A DNA stretch of 64,000 nt from Armatimonadota bacterium. GTDB taxonomy: Bacteria; Armatimonadota; UBA5829; DTLH01. Positions 8,728 through 19,291 of this stretch are shown here, one piece after another; within the stretch, counting starts at the first letter, position 1; every line of letters starts with the position of its first letter. Under the pieces are notes generated by a model. The model had not been told where the DNA came from. It was given only the letters and a program-made list of their open reading frames with translations, and did not search any database. The translations under genes and the position numbers were made by a program. The stretch spans positions 192,001-256,000 of the forward strand of contig JBBRAE010000001.1 of the NCBI GenBank assembly GCA_038207085.1. Reading direction: 5' to 3'.

Positions 8728-11700
8728 ATGTCCAGACAACGCCTAATATTCTCACTTGTGGTCGTCGCAATGCTGCTTATCGCATCTCCGGTGCTCGCGG
8801 CTACGTTCAATCTTGCCACAGACTGGTCAAGCACGGCAAATCCCAACGGCCAATGGTCATACGGTTGGGTAGATGCTACTTCAGGTGCATTTTCTCCATA
8901 CAACGTTCACCCATATCAGCAATACTGGTATCCCGGGCAGAGCTATTGGTGCGTCGGGCAGGACTTGTATGGCTACGGCAACGCGAATAAGAACCTTGCC
9001 ACCGGGACAGTCGTATTCTATAACGGCGGATCCGCGCGCAGGACTACTGCTCGATGGGCCAGCAACGCAACTGCTAGCGTCTACATCTGGGCGACATTTA
9101 CTGCTTCATCTAATGGCACCTACTACAACCCCATCAGATGCGCGGTCCGCCGAAATGGTATTGAGCAGTTCGCGACAACGTCGAGCTATAACAATACGCT
9201 GCGCATCGCGGGAAGCATTAGTGTGAACGCCGGCGACTCCCTTGATATCTGCACGGGGGCCGTTCCTGGAGCGACTGGTCAGACGCAAAATTACGTAACG
9301 CTCAGCGCAATTATATCGACAGATCAACCCGGGACTGTCTCTGGGACGGTATACTCCAACCTCACCGGGCATCCCACGGTTGGTCACGCTGTTATAAAGA
9401 CGTCGGACGGAAAATACTCCACCACCTCCGACGCAAGCGGCGCTTACACTCTGGCGCTACCGCCCGGGTCGTACGCCCTTGTGGCCTCTGAGAATCGGTT
9501 TGCGTCTGATCAATCTGAGCAAATCAGCATCAGCCAGGGGGCTAACACCCCTCTCGACTTCGACCTTATCGCTGGAAGCTTGACGGGCACCGTAACCTCC
9601 GACACTGCTGGAAACCCGCCGATAGCGGGAGCGATCGTCCGCACCGATGGTAGCCCAAGTTACTCGGCGAACACCGGCGCCGACGGTGCCTATACACTCT
9701 TTGCCCCACAGATTGCCTCCACAACACGCCTTCTTGTCGCTGCGCCGGGCCACGACCCGCAGCGAGACGCTCTCGCTCTTTCGGCAGGCCAGACGAAGAG
9801 CAAGAGCTTTGCACTTCGCCCGACAGGGGCCGGGATGCTCATCAATCTTCCTGCACCGGGTGAGTGGGGTGAGCCAGGTATGGCCCCGACTGCTCCCGGA
9901 GATGCATTTGCTGTGAAGTTCTCGAACCCTACGGCGCTGCCGAGTCCCGGAGCGCCTGCTATCAGCGGTTGGAACGAGACTATCAAACCTGATGAAACGT
10001 TCACTATGACCGGAGTTCGCTTTACAGCCCGAACAGGCGTGGATACCGGAACCGATACGGTCGTCTGGCTCTATGCAGACACACCTTCGGGCGGCGTGCT
10101 TCGCCAGATTAAAGTGTGGCGGGTCACAGCGTCGAGCTTGACTGCGCTTATGCCTAGTGACATACCATTTGGGATGTATCTGGTCTGGATAGAAAACGAG
10201 GACGGAGTAAGCGCGCCGGTCACTGTCAACAGAACTACATCACAGTGGATTGGCCCGCTTGGCGCATCCGGCGCGGCAGGGGCGACCAAGAGGGTTTTTG
10301 GTCGGAATGTGTCCTCCAACCACGGAACTACATCGAGTTACGTGTATATTCAGCCTGCTGAGGGTGGTGCGTTTACGCAGTGCGCCGTCACGCAGGTCGA
10401 GCCATACGCGGTCTGGTTTACCATCCCGTCGGGAACGGCGAACGGCTACTACAAGGTCTACTTGCACAACGGACACGGAGGCAGGTACGGATGGAGCGAC
10501 CCCGTCGATCTCTCAGTTGCTCCAGACTGGACCAGAGACCCGGCGCAGGTTGCGGTGACCCCGAACGGGACGAACGACTCAATTAACATCCAAAACGCGA
10601 TCGACAGTCTGTCGCTCAACTCTAACGGCGGCACTGTAGTGCTTTCGGCGGGTGACTATATCTTGAAGGGTGGTCTGGACCTAAAGAACGGCGTCGAGAT
10701 CAAGGGCGCTGGAATGAACAGCACCAGGTTGCTCGCACAGCTGACATCCGCGGTCGCCGTCGTTAAGATCACCGGTGTGAATACTGCGCTCACAGATCTC
10801 ACGATTCGCTCAAAATCCGGGTTTACTAACCCTCAAGGCGAGATCACCAACGTTGCAGGTTCAAGCGACGCGAAGTTCTTGCGCATCAGGATTGAGTCCG
10901 ATGCCGGTATCTACTCAGGAAGCTTCAGCACACCGCTTCGCAGCGAGGTTGTCGGCTGTGAATGCAACCGTGAACCTGACCCTGCCGGACGCGCCTGGAT
11001 CCATAACTCGACCCTGTACGGTGACTTCCACTGGGCGACCGAGGCCGCGTTGAACCTTATGACTAACTACAATGTGGTAGAGTACAGCCACGTTGAGACA
11101 AAGAACTGGCCGGTTAGCCCTACCGGCAGCAAGAACTACACTCAGTTTATGACGTGGGAAGAGTTCAAAGACATCGTGTGGTCGATGAGAATCGCGCTCA
11201 CATACTGCTCTTACAACTACATCGCGCACCTGACGAGCAAAGATGTCGCCGTTCAGACGAACAAAGGTGAGATGATACTCTTCCACGGCCACGCCGCGTA
11301 CTGGTATGGCAACGTGATCACGTGCGACGGCACCAGGCTGACATTGCGGACCGATGGTCTTGTTGACGGGCAGCCTTCTGTGATTAACAACTATAGCGAC
11401 ATACACCTTGCTGGCGGGCAGATGGTCCCGGATGGTCCGGGAAGCTGGTACGCGCTTGACGGCAAGTATATATCAATCCTGGCAGGCGCGGGGTTCGGCG
11501 AGTCGAGAAGAATCGTTTCGCATACCCCGACCACAATCACAATAGACCGACCGTTCAGGGTGAACCCGGACGCAACATCAAAGGCGATGGTCCAGACCAG
11601 CTTTCAGGGAAACATCATATACAAGAACGATCTAAATGCCTTCCCTGTGGGTTATGACCAGACTGAGGGTTCGGCCAGCGTCGCAGTAGACATAGACGGC

Positions 11701-14316
11701 AATGGCTGGTCCAACATGTTCGAAGGCAACGTGTCCCACAGAACCAGAAGTGGATGCGCAATACTCTCAGTTTCCGGTGGCCCCAGCTACTGGAACGAGG
11801 CGAGAGATCACGAAGCCTACGATGTAGAAAGCGGCGGGTTCCAGATGATACCACGCGATGACCAGGCGATCGGGCCTGACCTCGTAGGCAACAGATACGA
11901 AGGCGGCATCATCAATGTAACTGGCAGCGCTGGCGGCGCGATCCACGCTGATGGTGGAGACGGCAACGCCTGCGAAGGGATCACCGCAACATCCAAACGC
12001 GGCATCTTTATGACTCACGGTGGCTACGATTGGCACCCAGCGACTCCCAACGGGCTCACGCTCTATCGCAATAACACCGTAACGACAGTCGATGCGCCTA
12101 CTTCACCCTCATCCCCGCAGCCAGTATATGTCATGAACGCAGACAGCTTGCAGTGGTTGATGAACAACAAGTATACGAACTCTTCCCAGCCATATGTGCT
12201 TGCGTCTGGAGTCGGGATGTATTCGACCCCGGTCGCTATGCGCAAACTGGTGAAGATCACCGGCTATATGGGCTACCCGATTGATGAGGTCTTGCTCGAA
12301 GTTGCAAATGTGGGATTATCGGGGATGACCTGGACTGCCGCGGCGAGCGCGCCGTGGATTGTGCCAACTGTGCTGAGTGGCAACCCCACCGGGCCGGAAA
12401 GCGACATGGGGCGGCTCCAGATCGCCGTCAATCCCATTGGACTTGCTGCTGGAAGACACTGGGGGTATATCGACATTCTCGCCGGCGCAAAGATCGCACG
12501 AGTCGGTGTTTGCCTTGATCTTTCCTCCGGCGCACCGCCATCGACTGCTCCTGTTGCGAGCTTTACAGCGACTCCTACGGTCGGCACAACGCCGCTTGCC
12601 GTATCGTTCGATGCCAGGTCTTCAGTAGCCCCAGGTGGCTTGATTACGAGCTACGTGTGGGAGTTCGGAGACGGGTCAACGGGCTTGGGCGATGTCGCCA
12701 GCCACGCGTATTTGGCTGGAAGCTACACTGCTACACTAACCGTAACTGACTCCAACGGCATCAGTGATACTGACAGAAAGGTGTTTACAGTCTACCCTGC
12801 AGTCAGCTCCATCTCGATATCCGGGTCCCCTACCCCCTTGACCGATGTTGGAACCCAGGTTACCTTTACCGCGTCTGCCGTGGGGGGATATGGCACAAAA
12901 TACAAGTTCCTGCTCAAGACTGGCAACGGTGGATGGGCCACCATGCAGGACTATTCAACTGCCGCAACGGCTTCATGGACTCCGACTGCTTCCGGGTTCT
13001 ATGCCATCAAGTGCCACGCACGGGCAAGTGACTCCACCCGGGTATACGACGCTACAAGCAAGGAACTCAGCTACCCTGTAGGCATTCTGCCAGCTAGCGG
13101 TATGGCGCTTTGGCTGAAAGCCGATGCAGGCACTACCCTTGACGCTTCGGGGAAGATAAGTGACTGGGCAGACCAGACATCAGGTTCAACAAAGAAACTT
13201 ACCCAGACGACCCCTAACTACAGGCCTGGTATAGTCCAAGGAGCGCTTAACGGCCAACCGGTTGTGCGATTTACGAGTGCCTCAACCTACCTTTCAACTA
13301 CCGCTTCCGTGCTCTCGGGTGCGACACCCTTTACAGCATTCACCGTGGCACGAGTCAACAGCAACCCCGCCTATAACTACCAGCATTTCTGGTGGTGCGG
13401 CACGGACTCAATCTATGCCGGTTATGCCCAGTGGATGACAACTTCAGGCAGACTTAGGGCAAGCTGGGGAAGCTCCGGCGCGCTGATATCCACATCAACG
13501 GCGGCAACACTCAGCAGTTGGTACACAATTGCGAGCCGCTATGCTCCCGGGCTCCACGAGATGTGGCTCAACAGCACGCCGGTGAACACCTCCATCAAGT
13601 CAGACTCGAACTTAGCTGCCGGGTTCACCGTCGGCAACTCTGTGTCCAATTGCCAAGGGCTCTACGGTGATATCGCTGAGCTCTTGATATTCTCAAGAAA
13701 GCTCACGGAGACCGAGCGCCAGGGCGTAGAGCAGTATCTCAGTGTAAGGTGGAGCAACCCTGTACCTGTGGCCGTCGACCGACTGAAAGACGTCAAAGCA
13801 CTCGGTGACGGTGTGCTCGTATCGATCTCAACGTCAAAAACTGCGATCACAGACTCAGGAGTCTACTCGGACGGCGGCGTCTACGTAAGCGAGGCTGACA
13901 GAACGTGTGGGCTCAAGATAACGATCGCGGACGTTGTACAGGCTTCGGAAAGACTGACTGTTACAGGAACCACGGACACGGATGTCCTGACCGGCGAGAA
14001 GGTGTTCAGGGTTACTTCATTCAGTAAAGACGTGGGGGAGAAGGTCAATCCTCTTGGAATGGCGAACAAGACCTTAGCTGCTTCCGGTCAGCTTCTGCGG
14101 GTGTGGGGACGTGTGAAAGAAAAGACCGCATCTTACATCACTCTTGACGACGGCTCGGGAGTGCCTGCAAAGGTTCAGATCGACGGGCTTACGACACCTA
14201 TAACGAGTCTGCCGGGAGTCGGTGACTACATAAGCGTGACCGGACCGGCAGGGGTGACGGCCGGAGGAGGAACCGCGATAAGGGTCCGATCCTCAGTCGA
14301 CATCAAAGTCTATTAG
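8728..14316 (+). CDS. Very large secreted multidomain protein: two carboxypeptidase-regulatory-like Ig domains, pectate-lyase-like beta-helix, BACON-like, PKD, LamG-like, and C-terminal putative OB-fold pair
   Basis: Signal peptide MSRQRLIFSLVVVAMLLIASPVLA; IQNAID..GGTVVLSAGDY..GAG beta-helix start; WEFGDG PKD motif; LWLKADAG..GDIAELLIFSRKL LamG-like motif. Confidence 0.8.
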   Translation: MSRQRLIFSLVVVAMLLIASPVLAATFNLATDWSSTANPNGQWSYGWVDATSGAFSPYNVHPYQQYWYPGQSYWCVGQDLYGYGNANKNLATGTVVFYNGGSARRTTARWASNATASVYIWATFTASSNGTYYNPIRCAVRRNGIEQFATTSSYNNTLRIAGSISVNAGDSLDICTGAVPGATGQTQNYVTLSAIISTDQPGTVSGTVYSNLTGHPTVGHAVIKTSDGKYSTTSDASGAYTLALPPGSYALVASENRFASDQSEQISISQGANTPLDFDLIAGSLTGTVTSDTAGNPPIAGAIVRTDGSPSYSANTGADGAYTLFAPQIASTTRLLVAAPGHDPQRDALALSAGQTKSKSFALRPTGAGMLINLPAPGEWGEPGMAPTAPGDAFAVKFSNPTALPSPGAPAISGWNETIKPDETFTMTGVRFTARTGVDTGTDTVVWLYADTPSGGVLRQIKVWRVTASSLTALMPSDIPFGMYLVWIENEDGVSAPVTVNRTTSQWIGPLGASGAAGATKRVFGRNVSSNHGTTSSYVYIQPAEGGAFTQCAVTQVEPYAVWFTIPSGTANGYYKVYLHNGHGGRYGWSDPVDLSVAPDWTRDPAQVAVTPNGTNDSINIQNAIDSLSLNSNGGTVVLSAGDYILKGGLDLKNGVEIKGAGMNSTRLLAQLTSAVAVVKITGVNTALTDLTIRSKSGFTNPQGEITNVAGSSDAKFLRIRIESDAGIYSGSFSTPLRSEVVGCECNREPDPAGRAWIHNSTLYGDFHWATEAALNLMTNYNVVEYSHVETKNWPVSPTGSKNYTQFMTWEEFKDIVWSMRIALTYCSYNYIAHLTSKDVAVQTNKGEMILFHGHAAYWYGNVITCDGTRLTLRTDGLVDGQPSVINNYSDIHLAGGQMVPDGPGSWYALDGKYISILAGAGFGESRRIVSHTPTTITIDRPFRVNPDATSKAMVQTSFQGNIIYKNDLNAFPVGYDQTEGSASVAVDIDGNGWSNMFEGNVSHRTRSGCAILSVSGGPSYWNEARDHEAYDVESGGFQMIPRDDQAIGPDLVGNRYEGGIINVTGSAGGAIHADGGDGNACEGITATSKRGIFMTHGGYDWHPATPNGLTLYRNNTVTTVDAPTSPSSPQPVYVMNADSLQWLMNNKYTNSSQPYVLASGVGMYSTPVAMRKLVKITGYMGYPIDEVLLEVANVGLSGMTWTAAASAPWIVPTVLSGNPTGPESDMGRLQIAVNPIGLAAGRHWGYIDILAGAKIARVGVCLDLSSGAPPSTAPVASFTATPTVGTTPLAVSFDARSSVAPGGLITSYVWEFGDGSTGLGDVASHAYLAGSYTATLTVTDSNGISDTDRKVFTVYPAVSSISISGSPTPLTDVGTQVTFTASAVGGYGTKYKFLLKTGNGGWATMQDYSTAATASWTPTASGFYAIKCHARASDSTRVYDATSKELSYPVGILPASGMALWLKADAGTTLDASGKISDWADQTSGSTKKLTQTTPNYRPGIVQGALNGQPVVRFTSASTYLSTTASVLSGATPFTAFTVARVNSNPAYNYQHFWWCGTDSIYAGYAQWMTTSGRLRASWGSSGALISTSTAATLSSWYTIASRYAPGLHEMWLNSTPVNTSIKSDSNLAAGFTVGNSVSNCQGLYGDIAELLIFSRKLTETERQGVEQYLSVRWSNPVPVAVDRLKDVKALGDGVLVSISTSKTAITDSGVYSDGGVYVSEADRTCGLKITIADVVQASERLTVTGTTDTDVLTGEKVFRVTSFSKDVGEKVNPLGMANKTLAASGQLLRVWGRVKEKTASYITLDDGSGVPAKVQIDGLTTPITSLPGVGDYISVTGPAGVTAGGGTAIRVRSSVDIKVY

Positions 14317-14391
14317 CCCGCCTATTCGGCCCGGGGTTCAAACACTCCGGGCCGTTCATCATAAGCTATAACAAATACATACGAGGAATAC

Positions 14392-16089
14392 ATGAATATA
14401 GACGTAAGTTACACTCCATTCAGCCGCTTCGGCTCGTACATCGCGTTTTCACAGATCGACGACAGCAGAGCTAAGCTGGCCAACATCACGCCAGGGCTTT
14501 GGATGCGCTGCGTCCACGGAGATGCAGCCAAGGAGGTCTTTCGCCTTGAGGTTCTGGTTGACGGCGTGCCCGCGCCTTACGAGATATCAGCCGAACCGGC
14601 CGTGCTGACACTTTCCACTGAGCGAGGCAGCGTACGTGTGTGCATCTCAAGCACGGATCAAGTGCGCTTCCAGGGAAACGGCATTGGGCTGAGGCTAGTC
14701 GGGCGTGACGGCGCTAATAACTGCGCCATACCCCAACCTGAGGGACGCTGGCTGATCACAATGGCCACGGCGTTTCGCAACTACGTAGCCGTGCCGCTCG
14801 CGGGTGAGCTGAAGGTAGATGCCCCCTGGGGAATCGCAAAGTGCAACTATGTTCACGTCGATCTTCTGCCGGACTCAACAGAATTCTTTGATATCGCGCT
14901 TGATCAGGTCGTCGGAGCTTGGACACCCGGCGTCTATTCGAGCTCGTTTGATGATATCGCAGACGCGATTGACCATGAGTTCCGCCAGTTTGCCCAAGGG
15001 TGCGGCAGTGTGCCCACGGAGTTCGCGGAAACAGCAGAAGCGGCTGCCTATCTCAACTGGTCGACAGTCGTTCACCCCTGCGGGCTTTTAGGTCGTCCCG
15101 CTATGCTGATGAGTAAGAACTGGATGACCAACGTCTGGAGCTGGGACCATGCATTCAACGCGATGGCACTTGCCTACGGTCACCCGGAGCTTGCCTGGGA
15201 TCAGATGATGACCATGTTCGACCACCAGCAGCCCGAGGGCCAGATTCCCGACTTTGTAAACGATGTCGTCATGCTCTACTGCTTCGTCAAACCGCCGATC
15301 CACGGTTGGATCCTCTCCAAGATGATGGACGCCAACCCCTGGTTCAGAGACAAGTCACGCGTCGAGGAGATATACGAGCCGATGTGCAAGTTCACCGACT
15401 GGTGGTTTGCGCACCGCAACCCAGACGGCGACGGTCTGCCGCAGTACCACCACGGCAACGATTCTGGCTGGGATAACGGCACCGTGTTTGATATTGGTCT
15501 TCCAGTGAAAGGCTGCGATCTTGCAGCGTTCCTGGTGGTCCAGATGTCGGTCCTCGCTGATATGGCGACAATGCTTGGACGCGAAGAAGAGTCTAAGAAA
15601 TGGTCGGCAAGGTCTGATGAGACGCTTCAGAAACTCCTAGCCAAACTCTGGAAAGGCGATTGCTTTGTTTGCCCATCAGCGATCGACGGAAGCGTCACAG
15701 AAGAATCTGACAGCATCTTCACCTGTCTGCCGATTATTCTTGGAGATAAGCTTCCACTAGAGATTAGGCAGAAGCTTGCGTCTGACATCGAGCGCCATTT
15801 GACGGAATGGGGACCGGCAACCGAAAACGTGGGCTCTCCGCTCTACGAACGTGACGGCTACTGGCGCGGCCCCATCTGGGCACCGCCGACGATGATCATC
15901 GCGGACGGGCTTCGCCGCGCGGGCTTTGATGATCTGGCAAAGGACGTAGCAGGCCGATTCTGCAAACTCTGCAAGAAGAGCGAGTTTGCCGAGAACTTCG
16001 ACGCTGTAACCGGCGAACCGCTCAGAGACCGCGCCTACACCTGGACTTCGAGCGTGTTCCTGGTGCTCGCGCACGAGTTCCTGTCCTAA
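14392..16089 (+). CDS. GH63/MGH1-like (alpha/alpha)6 glycoside hydrolase
   Basis: WSWDHAF, KPPIHGW, DSGWDN, YWRGPIW, FAENFD motifs. Confidence 0.8.
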   Translation: MNIDVSYTPFSRFGSYIAFSQIDDSRAKLANITPGLWMRCVHGDAAKEVFRLEVLVDGVPAPYEISAEPAVLTLSTERGSVRVCISSTDQVRFQGNGIGLRLVGRDGANNCAIPQPEGRWLITMATAFRNYVAVPLAGELKVDAPWGIAKCNYVHVDLLPDSTEFFDIALDQVVGAWTPGVYSSSFDDIADAIDHEFRQFAQGCGSVPTEFAETAEAAAYLNWSTVVHPCGLLGRPAMLMSKNWMTNVWSWDHAFNAMALAYGHPELAWDQMMTMFDHQQPEGQIPDFVNDVVMLYCFVKPPIHGWILSKMMDANPWFRDKSRVEEIYEPMCKFTDWWFAHRNPDGDGLPQYHHGNDSGWDNGTVFDIGLPVKGCDLAAFLVVQMSVLADMATMLGREEESKKWSARSDETLQKLLAKLWKGDCFVCPSAIDGSVTEESDSIFTCLPIILGDKLPLEIRQKLASDIERHLTEWGPATENVGSPLYERDGYWRGPIWAPPTMIIADGLRRAGFDDLAKDVAGRFCKLCKKSEFAENFDAVTGEPLRDRAYTWTSSVFLVLAHEFLS

Positions 16090-16231
16090 TAACGCACGTC
16101 CGGGAGTCACTCACACTGGCTCCCGGATATCTACCCCCAATCGCACAATTCCCCAAAATCCCTCCAAAAGAAGCAGGTAATCCCACGTTTTCTGGCGAAC
16201 TCATCATTAGCAAACTGTTTGCAAACAGGAG

Positions 16232-17065
16232 ATGATCTTTACGATGAGTTTGTTTTCATTGACCGGTAAGAACGCGGTTGTTCTCGGCGGCGCTGGCGTG
16301 CTCGGCTGTGATGTTGCCCGCGGGCTTGCTGCTAACGGCGCAAGTGTAGCTGTCGCCGACCTCTCGCTTGAGAATGCTCAGGCGCTTGCATCCAGCCTGA
16401 ACACGAACGGCGGCAAGTGCTCCGCCTATCGTGTTGATGCGATGCTCGCAGAGTCGCTTCAGGAAGTGTGCGACCAAGTTGTAGATGACTTTGGCCAGAT
16501 CGACATATTGGTTAACGCAGTCGGCGGCAATTCCAAGGCTGCAACCATCTCAAACGAGGTCGATTTCTTCAATCTGCCCATCCCGGCCCTCCAGAACGTT
16601 GTCAACCTGAACCTCTTTGCTGGGGCGATTCTTCCTTCGCAGATATTCGGCAAGGTGATGACAGGAAACGCCGACGGCGGTTCGATCATCAACGTGAGCT
16701 CCATGAACGCATTTCGTCCGCTGACGAGAATTGCGGGCTACTCCGCCGCAAAGGCTGCCGTAAGCAACTTCACCCAGTGGCTCGCAGTGTATCTTGCTCA
16801 GGCAGGGTATCCGATGCTCAGAGTGAACGCGATTGCGCCAGGGTTTTTCCTCACGGAGCAGAACAGATTCCTCCTCACCGACGAGAAGTCCGGAGAGCTT
16901 ACCGAGCGCGGGCAGAAGATTCTGGCTCACACTCCGATGAACCGTTTCGGCAACCCCGAGGACCTGATCGGCACACTCATCTGGCTCGCCTCCGACGCCT
17001 CGAAGTTCGTAACGGGGATCGTTGTCCCGGTTGATGGCGGTTTCTCGGCTTATAGTGGAGTTTAG
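16232..17065 (+). CDS. SDR oxidoreductase, D-mannonate oxidoreductase (UxuB-type)-like
   Basis: GGAGVLG, SSMNAFRPLTRIAGYSAAKAAVSNFTQWLAV, NAIAPGFF, VDGGFSAYSGV. Confidence 0.85.
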   Translation: MIFTMSLFSLTGKNAVVLGGAGVLGCDVARGLAANGASVAVADLSLENAQALASSLNTNGGKCSAYRVDAMLAESLQEVCDQVVDDFGQIDILVNAVGGNSKAATISNEVDFFNLPIPALQNVVNLNLFAGAILPSQIFGKVMTGNADGGSIINVSSMNAFRPLTRIAGYSAAKAAVSNFTQWLAVYLAQAGYPMLRVNAIAPGFFLTEQNRFLLTDEKSGELTERGQKILAHTPMNRFGNPEDLIGTLIWLASDASKFVTGIVVPVDGGFSAYSGV

Positions 17066-17069
17066 AGAC

Positions 17070-18365
17070 ATGGCAAATAGACCTCGAAATGTAGTCGTTG
17101 CGCAGTCCGGCGGGCCTTCGCCGGTCATCAACAACTCGTTGCGCGGCGTAATTGAAACCTGCAAGTCTATGCCCGACGTGTTCGGAACGGTCTACGGCGG
17201 TTGGCACGGCGTTGAGGGCCTTCTAAGGGAAGAACTACTCGACATCAGTAACCAGAGCCCTGAGGAGATTTCGCTTCTTCGGACGACCCCCGCTGCGGGA
17301 TCGATCGGCACATGCCGCTACAAGCTGAAGAAAGACCGGCAGGAAGACTTTGACAGGGTAATCGAGATATTCAAGGCCCACGATGTAGGATTCTTCTTCT
17401 ATATCGGCGGCAACGACTCGATGGATACTGCCCATAAGATCAGTGAGCTCGCCCATGAGAAGGGTCTTGACCTGATTGCCGTCGGCGTGCCGAAGACGAT
17501 CGATAATGACGTAGGTGACTCAGAGTTCAAGCTTATCGACCACACGCCGGGCTACGGAAGCGTCGCGAAGTATTGGGCGCACTATATCCAGTGCGCGAAC
17601 GAGGAGAACCAGGGTTCGTCCCCCGCTGATCCCGTGCTCGTCATGCAGGTAATGGGCCGCAAGATCGGCTTTATACCCGCTGCCGCGCGTCTCGCCGACC
17701 CGGATCGCCGTATGCCGCTACAGATATATCTTGTGGAGTCAGGCCTTTCGCTTTCAGACCTCGCCGATGGGGTTAGCGATCAACTGAGGACCGACGGACG
17801 ATGCCTGGTCGCCGTCAGCGAAGGGTTCAATGTCGGTGACATCGGCGAGATGAAGGATTCCTTCGGTCACACGACGTTCAGCTCAAGCCAGATCACAGTT
17901 GCTCAAGTTATCACCAATTACTTGAACAAGGTTGGACTTCCGGTTGGCGGCGCAGCGCGGTGTCAGGTGCCGGGATGCGACCAGCGGGATGCCATCGCCT
18001 ACGCGTCGACGGTCGACCTCGATGAAGCGTATCTCGTCGGCTGTAAAGCCGTCCAGGTCGCATTTCAGGACGGAAACGGCTATATGGCGACGATTCTCAG
18101 GAAGCCGGGCTCGATCTATAGCGTATACTACGACAAGGTCCCGCTTGAGAAGGTCGCAAACTCAGAGAGAACCTTCCCCAGGGAGTGGCTTTCCGAGTCC
18201 CGCACAGACGTGACAGACGAGTTCGTAGACTACGCGAGACCACTGATCGGAGAGGACTTGGTAAGCGTGCCGATGGTCAATGGCCTGATGCGTTTCGCGC
18301 GGTTTGAACCGAAGTTCGCAGACAAAAAGCTGCCGGACTATATGCCGGTTGGATATCGTAAATAG
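17070..18365 (+). CDS. PfkA-family kinase with PPi-dependent signature
   Basis: QSGGPSPVIN, GGNDS (Asp at the phosphoryl-donor position), PKTIDND, MGR. Confidence 0.85.
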   Translation: MANRPRNVVVAQSGGPSPVINNSLRGVIETCKSMPDVFGTVYGGWHGVEGLLREELLDISNQSPEEISLLRTTPAAGSIGTCRYKLKKDRQEDFDRVIEIFKAHDVGFFFYIGGNDSMDTAHKISELAHEKGLDLIAVGVPKTIDNDVGDSEFKLIDHTPGYGSVAKYWAHYIQCANEENQGSSPADPVLVMQVMGRKIGFIPAAARLADPDRRMPLQIYLVESGLSLSDLADGVSDQLRTDGRCLVAVSEGFNVGDIGEMKDSFGHTTFSSSQITVAQVITNYLNKVGLPVGGAARCQVPGCDQRDAIAYASTVDLDEAYLVGCKAVQVAFQDGNGYMATILRKPGSIYSVYYDKVPLEKVANSERTFPREWLSESRTDVTDEFVDYARPLIGEDLVSVPMVNGLMRFARFEPKFADKKLPDYMPVGYRK

Positions 18366-18401
18366 CAAGTTATTCAGAATATCTTGATGGAGGAAGTCAA
18401 T

Positions 18402-19289
18402 ATGTCAGATCCGGCACAGGCGCTGAAGGATCTTAAGAAAGAACACGAGTTTTTGGTCGGGATCGACTCCGACGGCTGCGCGTTCGATACGATGGAGATC
18501 AAACACAAGGAGTGCTTTATCCCCAATATCGTCAAATACTGGGACCTGCAGGCTGTCTCAAAGTATGCCCGCGAGGCTGCAGAGTTCGTCAATCTGTACT
18601 CCAAGTGGCGCGGAATCAACAGGTTTCCGGCGCTTCTGATGGTCCTTGATCTGCTCGAAGAGCGTGATAACGTCAAGAAGCGCGGCGTAACCATCCCCCG
18701 AGCTGAGTCGCTTCGCAAGTGGGCGGAGACCGAGACCAAGCTTGGTAACCCTGCCCTTATAAAGGCTGTCGAAGCCACCGGCGACCCCGTTCTCATCCAG
18801 ACGCTTGAGTGGTCCAAGGCCGTCAACGCAAGCGTTGAGGACATTGTCCACGGCGTGCCGCCGTTCCCGTTTGTCAGGGAGAGCCTGGAGAAGGTGCTGC
18901 CGCTCGCCGATATGGTCGTCGTTTCGGCTACTCCCGGCGAGGCACTCGTTCGAGAGTGGGAAGAGCATGACATCGCCAAGTACACCAAGGTGATCGCGGG
19001 CCAGGAGATGGGTAACAAGAAAGAGCATCTGAAGTACGCGATCGATGGTCGCTACCAGCCCGACCACGTGTTGATGATCGGCGATGCTCCCGGAGATATG
19101 AAGGCCGCAAAAGCCAACAACGCGCTCTTCTACCCGATTAACCCCGGCGACGAGGACACTTCCTGGCAGAGGTTCTACGAAGAAGCGTTCGACAAGTTCA
19201 TCGCTGGCGAGTACGCCGGTGAGTACGAAGCAAAGTTGATCGCAGAGTTCGACAAGTACCTGCCGGACACACCTTTCTGGAAGAAGTAG
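18402..19289 (+). CDS. HAD-superfamily hydrolase/phosphotransferase
   Basis: Motif I DSDGCAFD, motif II VVSAT, motif IV MIGDAPGD. Confidence 0.85.
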   Translation: MSDPAQALKDLKKEHEFLVGIDSDGCAFDTMEIKHKECFIPNIVKYWDLQAVSKYAREAAEFVNLYSKWRGINRFPALLMVLDLLEERDNVKKRGVTIPRAESLRKWAETETKLGNPALIKAVEATGDPVLIQTLEWSKAVNASVEDIVHGVPPFPFVRESLEKVLPLADMVVVSATPGEALVREWEEHDIAKYTKVIAGQEMGNKKEHLKYAIDGRYQPDHVLMIGDAPGDMKAAKANNALFYPINPGDEDTSWQRFYEEAFDKFIAGEYAGEYEAKLIAEFDKYLPDTPFWKK

Positions 19290-19291
19290 AT

